28,021 nt of DNA, taken from positions 1 to 28,021 of IMG/VR virus record IMGVR_UViG_3300000229_000001, one strand, 5' to 3'. Made by a program: the position numbers and the translations under genes. The notes beneath the pieces were generated by a model. It did no database searches. It saw nothing but the letters and a program-made list of their open reading frames with translations, and was not told the DNA's origin. Position 1 is the stretch's first letter. Each line of letters begins with the position of its first letter. Positions 1 through 9,270 of this stretch are shown here, piece after piece. Source of the DNA: a virus.

Positions 1-73
1 ACGCTCATTGATGAGCTACTAGAACCCCCACCTGCACTAAAGCTCCCCCCTGTGTTAGCACTACCAAATAATT
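1..73. repeat. 73-bp direct terminal repeat, left copy (identical to 27949-28021)
   Basis: Exact 73/73 identity read directly from the sequence. The repeat lies inside a continuous minus-strand reading frame, so it marks the closure point of a circular or permuted assembly rather than a gene boundary. Confidence 0.95.
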
Positions 74-2273
74 GTGCGGCCTGTGGTAAAGCTGTGGCTG
101 TTGAGGTAGCACCTCCTCCACCTTCACCACCACCTTCACCACCACCTGCAGTTGGAGTCGCACCAGGCGATGACAATAATTGCTTAGCCTTGGCTACATT
201 GGTAGCGATTTGAATAATACCACTAGCAAATTGTGCAATACCTGCAGCACCTGCAGTAATTCCATTTAATGGGTTAGTATTTGAAGCTGCTACTAATCCT
301 GAGATAGCCTTAGCAGTATCAATACCTATTTGAATAAGAGCAGTGGACTTGTTAAATTTCTCTAGTTTCTTTTGGTCTTTAATAAGCATTCCCCCTAAGT
401 TAGCTAGACCATCTACTGTATCTTTTGCTAGTGATAGTTTTGCATCCCTTTCTTTTTGTGCTTCTGCTACCTTAGCATTCTTAGCTTCAATTTCTATATT
501 GAGTAACTTATCCTCATGGGCTTTCTTTAATAACTCAAGAGTTTCATAGTTACCATTAGCAGCTTCTACATCCAAAATAAATTGTGCATTTTCTGCTCCC
601 CTCTTTTGGGTTGCTTCATCTTGTAGGGTGAGTAATAACTCCTCCTGCGCCTTTACCCTTTCAGCTTCTTTTACAGCCTTCTGTGCTTTCTCCTGCTCAT
701 CATATATAGCTATTAATGTTTTTTTCTGTTCAGCTGTTAGGGTAGTGTTAGCCAGTGCATCTGCTCTTAGTTTCTCATATTGAGCAGTCTGTGCTAGTAA
801 TTCCTTTTCCGCCCCCTCTGCCATAGCATTGAATTTAGCATCCAATATCATTATCTCCCCATTCACTACATTATTAGCCTCATTAATCTGAAGCTGTTGC
901 ATATCTTTTTTTCTTTGCTCTTGTGCTTGAGTTAGTAGGATAGTTTCTTCTTCTGTTAAATTTTTGTGTGCATTTAATTTTAGATCTTCTAGTTGTTTAT
1001 TGTATTGTTCCTCTGTAATCTTTTTAGCTAGAAATTGCTTATCTAAGGCTTCTATTTCAGTTTTTATAGTATCAGCTAGAAAGTTATTCTTGAAGTCCAT
1101 GAATGCCTTTTGTCTTATGGCTTTCTCTTTCTCTATCCCACTCTCCATAGCATTATTCTCACCATCGGCAATCATGCTTGCTAGTTTTAACTTTTCTGCA
1201 TTGAAGGCTTTAATATCAGCCAGTTGCTCTTTGAGATTATCCTTATTACCTTTCTTACCTTCCTTTACTTTCTCTTTTTGCGCAGCAATCTCTTGAGCAT
1301 CAATAACTTTCAACTCATTAAAGCTATTCCTCCTAGCCTCCCCCATTGATACAATAAGTCCCCTAGCCTCTGCCATAGCCTTATTCCCTTCTACCTGTCT
1401 CTTTCTTTTTTCCTCATCCTCTATGTTTAAAGTCTGTAGTTCCTGTAGGTTAAGGTATATCTGTTGTAGTTTTAATCTACTCTCTGCTATCACTTGTGTT
1501 TGATAGGCTATAGAAGCTTTAATCTTAGCACGTTGTAACTCAATAGTTCCTTTGCCCTCAGCTTTAGCAAGTGCTATCTTCCTATCATAGTCACCCATTT
1601 CAGACTTATTGGCAGCATCTAACCTTTGCATTCTCTTTTCACTTGCAGCTGCCTCTGCATCCATCCTCGCCATTTCATTTTTGGCCCTTTCTTCACCTGC
1701 ATTATCAGTAAGCCCCATCCAGTCGGTAAGCATTTCAAAGCCTGCTATGAGAGCATTTATAGGCATCATTAAAGCATCAATAACTACCTGAAGTAGACCG
1801 AATTTTTTCATTACCAAAACAATAGCTACTACAATAGCTACTATCACAGCCACCAATAAAAATATGGGGTTAATAAGTAATTGTGCCCCTAACTTTAAGA
1901 AGGTACTACCTAAAGTAGTTACTGTTTTTGTTAAGGCTCCCATTCCAGCTATTATAGTTTTTGGATCCACCCCTTTCATCGCTGTAGCAAAAGTTGTTGC
2001 TTTGGCGGAAGCCTCTTCAAAGTCTAAACTCATCAAGCTATCCTTAATACCACCCAAGCCATTACTCACCTGCTCAAACTTTGAGCCTGTAGCAAAGACA
2101 TTTACTGCCTCATTAGCATCTTTAATCTTATCAGATAGTACACCAGCTTCCTGTGATAACCTAGCAATATCAGCAGGGTCAGTAGCGTTGGCTATCTCCC
2201 CTTTGAGTGCTTTAAGTTCTGCTTTAATGGCACCGAGTCCTGAGACTTTTATAGGTATTTCTACTTCGTTCAT
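1..2273 (-). CDS. tape measure protein, N-terminal ~757 codons (gene wraps around the window; C-terminus at 27870-27948)
   Basis: ATG at 2273-2271. I checked every codon down to position 1 and found no minus-strand stop. The frame continues through the repeat junction to a TGA at 27872-27870, giving 783 aa. It has a hydrophobic stretch (LGAQLLINPIFLLVAVIVAIVVAIVLVM), a long K/E/A/Q-rich coiled-coil core and a Gly/Ser-rich C-terminus (GGGEGGGEGGGG...GGGSSSSS). It is absent from the ORF track only because the window edge cuts it. Confidence 0.75.
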   Translation of the reverse strand, partial: MNEVEIPIKVSGLGAIKAELKALKGEIANATDPADIARLSQEAGVLSDKIKDANEAVNVFATGSKFEQVSNGLGGIKDSLMSLDFEEASAKATTFATAMKGVDPKTIIAGMGALTKTVTTLGSTFLKLGAQLLINPIFLLVAVIVAIVVAIVLVMKKFGLLQVVIDALMMPINALIAGFEMLTDWMGLTDNAGEERAKNEMARMDAEAAASEKRMQRLDAANKSEMGDYDRKIALAKAEGKGTIELQRAKIKASIAYQTQVIAESRLKLQQIYLNLQELQTLNIEDEEKRKRQVEGNKAMAEARGLIVSMGEARRNSFNELKVIDAQEIAAQKEKVKEGKKGNKDNLKEQLADIKAFNAEKLKLASMIADGENNAMESGIEKEKAIRQKAFMDFKNNFLADTIKTEIEALDKQFLAKKITEEQYNKQLEDLKLNAHKNLTEEETILLTQAQEQRKKDMQQLQINEANNVVNGEIMILDAKFNAMAEGAEKELLAQTAQYEKLRADALANTTLTAEQKKTLIAIYDEQEKAQKAVKEAERVKAQEELLLTLQDEATQKRGAENAQFILDVEAANGNYETLELLKKAHEDKLLNIEIEAKNAKVAEAQKERDAKLSLAKDTVDGLANLGGMLIKDQKKLEKFNKSTALIQIGIDTAKAISGLVAASNTNPLNGITAGAAGIAQFASGIIQIATNVAKAKQLLSSPGATPTAGGGEGGGEGGGGATSTATALPQAAQLFGSANTGGSFSAGGGSSSSSMS

Positions 2274-5150
2274 TTATGTGTAGTATTTAATTTCGATTGT
2301 TGTTCCATCTAAGTATCCATCAACAAAGCCAACCCCTATTTGGGTGGTGGTAACTGATACTGTATTTGAGCTTGTAGAGTATTGAGCAGATATTACTCCG
2401 TCAAAGTTTATATTACTAATCATTATAGTAGGGACGTTTGTGCTAGAGATATATGAAGGCTCGTAAGCATCAAGATACCCCTCATAAGTACCTACCCCTG
2501 TTCTTGTCCAAGTAACACCCCCTAAGCTATCATTTTTAACTTGCGCTATTGGATCTGTTATACCTGATTGTGTTAAGTTAGCTATGTAAATTAATGGCAC
2601 TATACCTGTAGCTATACCATTTAATCTATTAACCATTAAGCTATCAGCTACTAAGGCATTCTCACTGATGATACGATCATCCCCTACTATCACTGATCTA
2701 GTACCACCCACTATTACGTTACCTCTACCATTCACAGTTGCCGTTGCCTGATTAGAAAATACATTAGTGTTTACCATCTTAGTGGTGTTTACTTTACTCA
2801 TTGCTAACATTTGTATAGGCCCTATCCCTGCAGGAGGTGTAGGGATCACTGGTCCACTAGGTCCCATAAAGGGTGTAAAGTTAGTCTCAGAGTCTATGCT
2901 GATGAGTTCTACCTTAGTGAGCGTGTTAGCGTTGGCATCGTAGTCAATTACCTTATTGATATTCCACCATGAGTTATCTATCCTAATCTTATCATTTAAC
3001 TTCATTGATTGGATGTCAGGCTCTTTCAAGTTAAACATCGCTGTGAGCATCTTACCGTTATTAATTTGCCCCATAGTCCTTCTCCAATATCTATTGTACA
3101 AGTTATTTTCTGTAAGGCTAGTAGGTTGGTAGTAGTAATAATCACAGATAGCGTAATTTATATCAAAGGTTGGTGTCAATGGATCATCAAAGTGACCAAC
3201 TAAAGGATAGTTAGTAAGGTTTATCTGACCAACACTACCATAATCATATATATAAAATTGTCCACAGGTAGCTAATGGCTGCCCTGCCGTAGTCTTATCA
3301 TATAAGATACGTATATTGGTCTCAGGTGCAGAACCTGCTATCATTGGTACAAAGGCACCGAAGACTGTTTTTATAACAGGAGTAGGACTAAACAAATTTG
3401 ATTTAGTGGTTACTTCCTTTACATACTCATTGTCAAAGATTACCTCAGCTTGTCCATAGATATTACTAGTAGCATTGGTATAAGTGGTGTTAGGATTATC
3501 CTTGTCGGAAGCGTATGTAAGTATTATTTTCTTGCTTGTTATCTCAGGAAGGAAGGATAAACTTTGCTCCTGCTCCTTAGCCAGCTTATCGGTCCAGTCC
3601 ACCTCAGTACCTGCATCATAGAAGTCGTCTCTATTTTGTAATAATAGTTTATTAGGTTGTGTACTATCTACTTGAGCGTATATATTATACATGTTAAAAA
3701 TACCCTTAATAAAGTCACTTTGCTTTATCTTCTTAGGTACGTAATCATTAACCTCTATTGTACCTCCTATTGCATATATAGTACTGCTAGGAACTATGCT
3801 TATTTGTATAGAAGAGATAACAGCTTGTATAACTATCTGCCCTGATGCAGGAGCTACACCTGAGGGGGAAGTTTTTCTCCAGTTTCTTACAGATGCAGCG
3901 TTGTTTATAGTCGCATAGTGTTGGCTTACATTTAAACCTATAGTAGCAGATGATAAGTTATTAAGTAAATTATAACTAAGTGGTATAGTAGTCTGTACCG
4001 TTTGTGTTAGTAAAGATGTAGTACCATTAGGGATAGTTAATGGACATTGAACAGCATTTTGCACCCCTAACGAAGTAGCTGTTGGTGAGGTGTTGGTATA
4101 TAGATTACTAAAAATAATAGGCTGAGTACCTGCACTCACCCCTATAGCAGGCTTGTAAAATACATTAGCAGCTGAATTATTAGCACTACCATACAAAATA
4201 CCTCCTGATGTATTTACCAGGTTTAATGAGTAAGTCATAGTAACGCTATAATCATAACTCTGCGCATTAGCTGAACTTATGATGAATGGTGTAGTATATA
4301 CACCTGTGAGAGGGTTAAATATATTTTGTATATCTTCTAGTTCAGTCCAAGCTGTTATGTTAATCTTAGTAGCAGGTGTTTGTGTGGTAGCTATTACTGC
4401 TATGTTAGAAAAACCTGCCAAGTTATTAGCTCCATTAATAGTAGTAGCTACAGTCTTTTCTGCTTTGACTAAGTAATCTGCATAATCAAAGTTATCTACC
4501 CCTCCATTGTAAGGGATAAAGAGCTTATCAAATCTATCATAAGATAATGTAGGCCAGTCATAGGTAAAGCCAGCATCTTGAAATATCCTATCAAGATAGA
4601 CCTTTGCGAATACGGCAGGTTTAAATTCTTGAGTGTTATAGACGGCATCACCAGATCCAGGTAAAAAATATTTAAATCCATTCACTACCGTATTAGAAAA
4701 TCTAGCTACCACATTAAATGCATCGTATGTATGGTTAAGGTCACTGAAATCTATATCAGTTAATTCCTTGTTAGCGATAGCTGTAAAAAAATCTGCTTTG
4801 CTATCTTTGATTAGTACCTCATAGGTTACTTGCTCCTCATAACCGTCTGTTAACTGTGACTTTACAACACCTGTCAATTGCATTGAACAATCCTCCATTA
4901 TCGGTATGCCATCCTGAATAACAGCACAGGTAGTAAGAGCATTAATGTTAAATGTACCCTCAACTATATTCACATCATAGTAATGGTTCAGTAGGTTATT
5001 GTTATTCTTACTACCAGTAAGAGTAATAGTTTTAGAGAAATTACCTTTGCGTTGGCTTATATCTCTTATATCTCCTGCTTGAAAGTTAAGAGGAAAAGCT
5101 GTACCTTCCTTGACATCTAAAAACCCTGTACTAAGTTGTATCTTAACCAT
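2274..5150 (-). CDS. large tail structural protein, probable tail tip/fibre (host recognition)
   Basis: 958-aa ORF, the largest in the genome. Its TAA stop abuts the tape-measure ATG (2271-2276). Composition is Asn/Thr/Ser/Gly-rich and beta-type, with no enzymatic motif recognised. Function is inferred from size and position only. Confidence 0.5.
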   Translation of the reverse strand: MVKIQLSTGFLDVKEGTAFPLNFQAGDIRDISQRKGNFSKTITLTGSKNNNNLLNHYYDVNIVEGTFNINALTTCAVIQDGIPIMEDCSMQLTGVVKSQLTDGYEEQVTYEVLIKDSKADFFTAIANKELTDIDFSDLNHTYDAFNVVARFSNTVVNGFKYFLPGSGDAVYNTQEFKPAVFAKVYLDRIFQDAGFTYDWPTLSYDRFDKLFIPYNGGVDNFDYADYLVKAEKTVATTINGANNLAGFSNIAVIATTQTPATKINITAWTELEDIQNIFNPLTGVYTTPFIISSANAQSYDYSVTMTYSLNLVNTSGGILYGSANNSAANVFYKPAIGVSAGTQPIIFSNLYTNTSPTATSLGVQNAVQCPLTIPNGTTSLLTQTVQTTIPLSYNLLNNLSSATIGLNVSQHYATINNAASVRNWRKTSPSGVAPASGQIVIQAVISSIQISIVPSSTIYAIGGTIEVNDYVPKKIKQSDFIKGIFNMYNIYAQVDSTQPNKLLLQNRDDFYDAGTEVDWTDKLAKEQEQSLSFLPEITSKKIILTYASDKDNPNTTYTNATSNIYGQAEVIFDNEYVKEVTTKSNLFSPTPVIKTVFGAFVPMIAGSAPETNIRILYDKTTAGQPLATCGQFYIYDYGSVGQINLTNYPLVGHFDDPLTPTFDINYAICDYYYYQPTSLTENNLYNRYWRRTMGQINNGKMLTAMFNLKEPDIQSMKLNDKIRIDNSWWNINKVIDYDANANTLTKVELISIDSETNFTPFMGPSGPVIPTPPAGIGPIQMLAMSKVNTTKMVNTNVFSNQATATVNGRGNVIVGGTRSVIVGDDRIISENALVADSLMVNRLNGIATGIVPLIYIANLTQSGITDPIAQVKNDSLGGVTWTRTGVGTYEGYLDAYEPSYISSTNVPTIMISNINFDGVISAQYSTSSNTVSVTTTQIGVGFVDGYLDGTTIEIKYYT

Positions 5151-6618
5151 TGACTATATTATTATTAGCTAACTTGATTGTAATGTTTTGCTTAATTAAG
5201 TTCTTATTTCTCTGGTTGTATAATTGGTAGTCTGAGGTAATAATGTTACAACTTATGTATTCAGTGCTTTCAGGTATATCACAGTCATTTGCATAATTAC
5301 TCTGCTTTACATAAGTGAATGGAGAAGAGATTAACTCAGTAAAGTAGTTAGCCATATCCATAGTCATAAAGTTAGTAGCTAGGTCAATAGTTGTTTCGGT
5401 TCTTATGTATGTGTTAGTCATTCCTCTCTCTGTAAGAGCATAGTCCCATTCATTACTACCATTGATAAAGCCAGGCACATCTTGATTAAACTGCTCTCGT
5501 ATTACGTTACCTTTCTCATAGCTGTTAAGGCTAAAAGCAAAGCTGTTCCACGATCCCATCTTGTCTAAGAATAAGATACTGTACTCAGTGGTGCGGATCC
5601 TTCTATCTAGCATTACTCTATACTTTGATGAACTTACCACCCCATTACGCTCATAGTGGAAGTCATAGTACTCAGTGGTAGGTTCTATCAAGTTACCTGA
5701 GCCAAAGACAAGAGTAAGTGTTCCAAAGTTGTTAGGCCCTACAGATACACCACTAAGACGATCAACAGCTGTTACATTCTTTTCAAAGATGTTACCGCCA
5801 TCGTTACTAAATACCATTGTATCAGGCGGAGTAGGTGAGCCATTAGCTATGCAGTTCACCCACATATCTTGAGACAAAGTGGAGTACATATTTTTATTGG
5901 CTGATGGATAGCTAGTAAGGAACTTATCAAAAACTCCGTTAAGCATATAGTCCTGATAATCATAGCTAGGCCATTCACTCCATTTGATAGCTCCATTGAA
6001 TACATATCTGTTTAGTTGTTGAGCTAGATCTCTATTGACTGTCTTTCTCCCATCTGCATAGGTGATGGCACCATCTATATTGATATTGGTTACCAAAGAG
6101 AATAAGCTATTTACCACTATGTAAGCAGGGTTAGCTACTAGCACAGTGAAGAGTCCCTCAAGGTTAGGGTTAGCTACACCTAAGTCAGCTTGAGTAATAT
6201 TGATTTGATCCCCTACCACAAAAACATTAGCTACATCTATTCTTACTCTTCCTGCAAATGGAGCTGTTGTCCATTGAGTAAGGGCAGCAGTGTATAGAGT
6301 GGTAGTAAGGTACTCCTCCCCTATCCTTACATCATATTTGTAGTAGCTGTTAGTGGCGTTGTATGCTGAGGTATTTGTTAGGTTTAAGTCATAACTTACC
6401 TTGGCTTGTAATAGCTTAGATAGATCTATCTCCCCAAAGCCAGTGCCATAAGTAGGAAGCACCCTGTACTCTGCTATCTTATTTAAGGTGCCACTCTGAT
6501 ATATATCATAGATAAACTTGAAGCCTTGCAGTGCTACATTAGAGGAGCTGTAGATATACTTAACAGGGTTGTATGCAGGGACTATTACTTGAGGGGTTGC
6601 TTGTGCTACTAATGCCAT
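5143..6618 (-). CDS. virion structural protein, probable tail/baseplate component
   Basis: 491-aa ORF that overlaps the 958-aa gene by 8 nt. Its start lies 10 nt downstream of late-motif copy 6629-6660. Composition resembles the 958-aa protein. No family recognised. Confidence 0.35.
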   Translation of the reverse strand: MALVAQATPQVIVPAYNPVKYIYSSSNVALQGFKFIYDIYQSGTLNKIAEYRVLPTYGTGFGEIDLSKLLQAKVSYDLNLTNTSAYNATNSYYKYDVRIGEEYLTTTLYTAALTQWTTAPFAGRVRIDVANVFVVGDQINITQADLGVANPNLEGLFTVLVANPAYIVVNSLFSLVTNINIDGAITYADGRKTVNRDLAQQLNRYVFNGAIKWSEWPSYDYQDYMLNGVFDKFLTSYPSANKNMYSTLSQDMWVNCIANGSPTPPDTMVFSNDGGNIFEKNVTAVDRLSGVSVGPNNFGTLTLVFGSGNLIEPTTEYYDFHYERNGVVSSSKYRVMLDRRIRTTEYSILFLDKMGSWNSFAFSLNSYEKGNVIREQFNQDVPGFINGSNEWDYALTERGMTNTYIRTETTIDLATNFMTMDMANYFTELISSPFTYVKQSNYANDCDIPESTEYISCNIITSDYQLYNQRNKNLIKQNITIKLANNNIVNG

Positions 6619-6830
6619 TACTTGTCTTTACCTATATTAGCTCCATTACTGTTATTGTTTTTAAAGCCACCCATAGCTACCATATACGCATGATCTAACA
6701 TCATTAAATGCTGTTGCATCCTACTAGGGTTGTTGAATACTATCTCTACCCTCTTACCTGTCTTATGATGGATGTATGCCTGCACCACCTGTATCTTATG
6801 TATTGTATCAGAATGCATAGTAAGAGTCAT
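6618..6830 (-). CDS. hypothetical protein (70 aa)
   Basis: ORF bridging TerL and the 491-aa gene. It overlaps the TerL 3' end by 23 nt, so Met-5 at 6818 is an alternative start. Its last codons (ANIGK) are occupied by a late-motif copy. Confidence 0.4.
   Translation of the reverse strand: MTLTMHSDTIHKIQVVQAYIHHKTGKRVEIVFNNPSRMQQHLMMLDHAYMVAMGGFKNNNSNGANIGKDK
6629..6660 (-). promoter_or_regulatory. late-motif copy e: AAACA-N17-AATATAGGTA
   Basis: Plus strand has TACCTATATT at 6629-6638 and TGTTT at 6656-6660, exactly 17 nt apart. The motif ends 10 nt before the ATG of the 491-aa ORF (6618). Confidence 0.5.
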
Positions 6831-7956
6831 CAGTGTAATACTCCTGCCTTATGTGAGTAGTGGCATATCTAATTGCATCCATAGCATCATCAAATAATTT
6901 GACAGGCTCATCTGTTATGAAGTCCCCTATCTTCTTCCATTTGTAGTTCTCATATTCTCTCCTCAGTGCCTTATCGTCCTGGCATATAACTCCGAAGCTC
7001 TTAAGGTTATCTATCCCTTTCTTTACTACCTTGTTAGCGTTCTGTACATCATAGCCTGCTATGTTCATCTCTTGTATAATTTCAGGCCTAGAGTAATCTG
7101 CTAAGATGGTTACAGTCTGTTCTATACCTAGTGTGCCTAGCTTCTCTATGAGCATAGTAGTGGTGAGGTAGCTCTCATATATAACAGGCTCTACGTATAT
7201 GTCATTATCACAGTAGTACACCCTCATTAAAGCTGTGGGGTGATTATACCCAAAATCTAATCCATATACGTACTTAACAAACTTGCTAGGCCTATGTGCC
7301 ACAAATAACCAGTTACTGTAGATGTTACTCTTAGAGGTAGCCTTCTCCCCCAAGGCATATATTTGATATAGTGCTTCATCCGTTCTCTTCAGATCCTCTA
7401 TCTGTGCCTTAATGCTTTCAGGAAGGAAGGGGTTATCTTTGTACGTGCTCTTTATCTTTACGCTCTCATCTGCAGGTAATTCATACAGCCATGATGCACT
7501 ATCACTTGGGTTATAATCAAAGATAAGCTTATCCTCTGTTCTCATATTAAGCTGAGTAAAATCATCAAAGTACAGCTCATTAGCTTCATTACACCAAGCT
7601 ATATCCCTTTTCCTACCCCTTATCTTTTGCTCATCATCTACTGAAAAAAACTCCACCATAGAGCCATTGGCAAAGGTGTAGATGTGCTCACTCTTATTGT
7701 GTGCCTCCTGCTTATACAGCCCTATATCTTTTAATATCTCTATAAAGTCCCTAAGTACTGTAGCACGTAGAGCAGGGAAGGTTTTGCGTATTACGCTCAC
7801 CACCTTATTATTGTTTTGTAAGCAATAGATTATCATAAGCTGACAAAGGGAGTAAGTCTTAGAGCTCCTGCTTCCACCCTCATTAATAATAAACCTCTTA
7901 TCTCCTAAGATAGCATCATAGTTTTTCTCAAAGATAGCAGTCGCTTTTATATCCAT
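6808..7956 (-). CDS. terL: terminase large subunit (PBSX/Terminase_3-like)
   Basis: Walker A-like GGSRSSKT. Walker B/coupling motif DIAWCNEANE. C-terminal RNaseH-like nuclease acidic motifs GLDFGYNHP, ADYSRPE and DDAMDAIRYA. Confidence 0.9.
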   Translation of the reverse strand: MDIKATAIFEKNYDAILGDKRFIINEGGSRSSKTYSLCQLMIIYCLQNNNKVVSVIRKTFPALRATVLRDFIEILKDIGLYKQEAHNKSEHIYTFANGSMVEFFSVDDEQKIRGRKRDIAWCNEANELYFDDFTQLNMRTEDKLIFDYNPSDSASWLYELPADESVKIKSTYKDNPFLPESIKAQIEDLKRTDEALYQIYALGEKATSKSNIYSNWLFVAHRPSKFVKYVYGLDFGYNHPTALMRVYYCDNDIYVEPVIYESYLTTTMLIEKLGTLGIEQTVTILADYSRPEIIQEMNIAGYDVQNANKVVKKGIDNLKSFGVICQDDKALRREYENYKWKKIGDFITDEPVKLFDDAMDAIRYATTHIRQEYYTDDSYYAF

Positions 7957-8006
7957 AGCAAAGCTAGTACCTAGTTAGATACTATATTGTTATTATTATT
8001 ATTATA

Positions 8007-8417
8007 CTACTTAACTATAGTTACAGTTATAGCAGATATTTTCTCATCACCACTGGTAACATCTGTGTGCTCTTTCAGTGCATTTATTCTTTGGGTGATG
8101 GATGCATTATACTGCCCTACCATTCCACCCTCTATCTGATCCATTCTAATTGCTTCCTCTATGCGTGAGCAGATTGTCGTATAGTCAGAATATCTCCCCC
8201 CTGTATTAGCAAAGTAATCCTGCACACTACACTCTTTATCAGCAGCATAAGTTCTAAACCCTACCTGAGTTAAAGGTCTCTCTAAAGGGATAGCTGTAGC
8301 CTCACCTGTTTTAGTAGATAAGCTGTAAGAATATCTAGGTGTAGACTTACACCAGTTTTTGTATCCCTCAAATAGCTCCCACATTTTTTCAGGGGTTTCT
8401 ATATGCTTTGGTCTCAT
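8007..8417 (-). CDS. terS: terminase small subunit
   Basis: 136 aa, directly upstream of terL. The segment IEGGMVGQYNASITQRINALKEH resembles the conserved small-terminase helix. The N-terminal TPEKMWELFEGYKNWC region looks like a DNA-binding region. Confidence 0.65.
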   Translation of the reverse strand: MRPKHIETPEKMWELFEGYKNWCKSTPRYSYSLSTKTGEATAIPLERPLTQVGFRTYAADKECSVQDYFANTGGRYSDYTTICSRIEEAIRMDQIEGGMVGQYNASITQRINALKEHTDVTSGDEKISAITVTIVK

Positions 8418-8602
8418 TTTTCTTCGTTCTCTACCCCTTTATACTTGGCTTTAGGAGTGCTCTCTTCAAATAGATACCCTAATCCTTTAGATGTATAATA
8501 CTTATGATCTTTAGCAGTCTCTTCTGTTACTGTAAAGCTGGTCTCAAAATTACCATTATACATAGTAATATACTTACCTAGGTGTTCCGTTTTTATCTTC
8601 AT
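8414..8602 (-). CDS. hypothetical protein (62 aa)
   Basis: ORF whose stop overlaps the terS start in an ATGA junction (8414-8417). Confidence 0.45.
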   Translation of the reverse strand: MKIKTEHLGKYITMYNGNFETSFTVTEETAKDHKYYTSKGLGYLFEESTPKAKYKGVENEEK

Positions 8603-8750
8603 ACTGTAGTAAAATTAAAAAAGTGTAATATAATGTTATCCATATTCCTGCGGCCCTACTGGCCCATATATAATCTAGTGTAAACAAAGCTAATCCACAG
8701 CTCAGGGCTGTAAGTAAGCTAAAGATACTAATAACTTGGCTCGGTTTCAT
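8574..8750 (-). CDS. small two-helix membrane protein (58 aa), below the ORF-track cutoff
   Basis: Translated by hand: MKPSQVISIFSLLTALSCGLALFTLDYIWASRAAGIWITLYYTFLILLQYEDKNGTPR, with a TAA at 8576-8574. There are two hydrophobic segments. The ATG is the last base of a late-motif copy. The ORF fills the otherwise noncoding gap 8603-8727. Confidence 0.4.
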   Translation of the reverse strand: MKPSQVISIFSLLTALSCGLALFTLDYIWASRAAGIWITLYYTFLILLQYEDKNGTPR

Positions 8751-9270
8751 ACCTATATTGTAATTTATTTAGGTTTTGTTTCAATTCTTTTATGAGATAG
8801 TAAGCAGATGTATGAGTAATACCAAAATAAATTGCTAAAGACCTTGAGGTGGTATAACCTTTATCGATGTAAGCTTCAAATACTATTTTTTGCACCTGGT
8901 CTTTAATTTCTGATCTATAAATCTCTATAAGTCCCTTATTAAAAGAGTATATCTTATCCTCCCTTATCTTATCTACTAGCTCATCATCCTCTATCCTATC
9001 AGGTGAGTTATCAATTATAGCCGTTATCCTATCGTCTTTATGGCTCTTTGATGTACTCCATAGGATTTGGTATTTAATGGTGTTTAGAAGGTAGCTTTTA
9101 ACCTTATCCTCATCTGCTACATAATCATTTATAGTAAGCACATGAATGTATGAGTTATTTATGACTGTATCAGCGTCTATGTAGCTACCCATCTTAGATA
9201 GAAAGTAGGCAGTATATGCCCTCACCTCAGGGTAAGCCCTGCTAATGTACTGATCTAAGAGCTTTTTCAT
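8728..9270 (-). CDS. sigma-70/ECF-like sigma factor (divergent)
   Basis: 180 aa. Region-2-like segment DTVINNSYIHVL...SYLLNTIKYQILWSTSKSHKD. C-terminal region-4-like HTH YTTSRSLAIYFGITHTSAYYLIKELKQNL. It lies immediately upstream of the packaging genes. Confidence 0.55.
   Translation of the reverse strand: MKKLLDQYISRAYPEVRAYTAYFLSKMGSYIDADTVINNSYIHVLTINDYVADEDKVKSYLLNTIKYQILWSTSKSHKDDRITAIIDNSPDRIEDDELVDKIREDKIYSFNKGLIEIYRSEIKDQVQKIVFEAYIDKGYTTSRSLAIYFGITHTSAYYLIKELKQNLNKLQYRYETEPSY
8750..8781 (-). promoter_or_regulatory. late-motif copy d: AAACA-N17-AATATAGGTA
   Basis: Plus strand has TACCTATATT at 8750-8759 and TGTTT at 8777-8781, exactly 17 nt apart. It lies inside the 3' end of the sigma-like gene. 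The final A of the motif is the A of the ATG of the 58-aa ORF. Confidence 0.5.

Noticed and set aside
343-2283. Four plus-strand ORFs (343-549, 964-1296, 1609-1791, 1864-2283) with Ser/Ala/Leu/Phe-rich low-complexity products.
   Set aside because: They are antisense shadows of the K/E/A-rich tape-measure gene. I verified that its minus-strand frame is open over the whole interval.
7980-7988. A near-copy of the late motif (minus-strand CAATATAGTAT) 24 nt upstream of the terL ATG.
   Set aside because: It lacks one G of the GG core and has no ACA box at N17 (GTAGT instead). I treat it as chance or a degenerate relic.
7990-8004. A (TTA)5 microsatellite between terS and terL.
   Set aside because: It is short, in AT-rich intergenic DNA, and nothing suggests a function. 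I note it only as a possible site of length variation.
8603-8727. A relatively GC-richer gap with small hairpins (ACAGC-CCTGA-GCTGT and GGCC-AGTA-GGCC) considered as a tRNA or small RNA.
   Set aside because: No cloverleaf or T-loop (GTTCGAAT-like) elements are present. The region is better explained by the 58-aa membrane-protein ORF.
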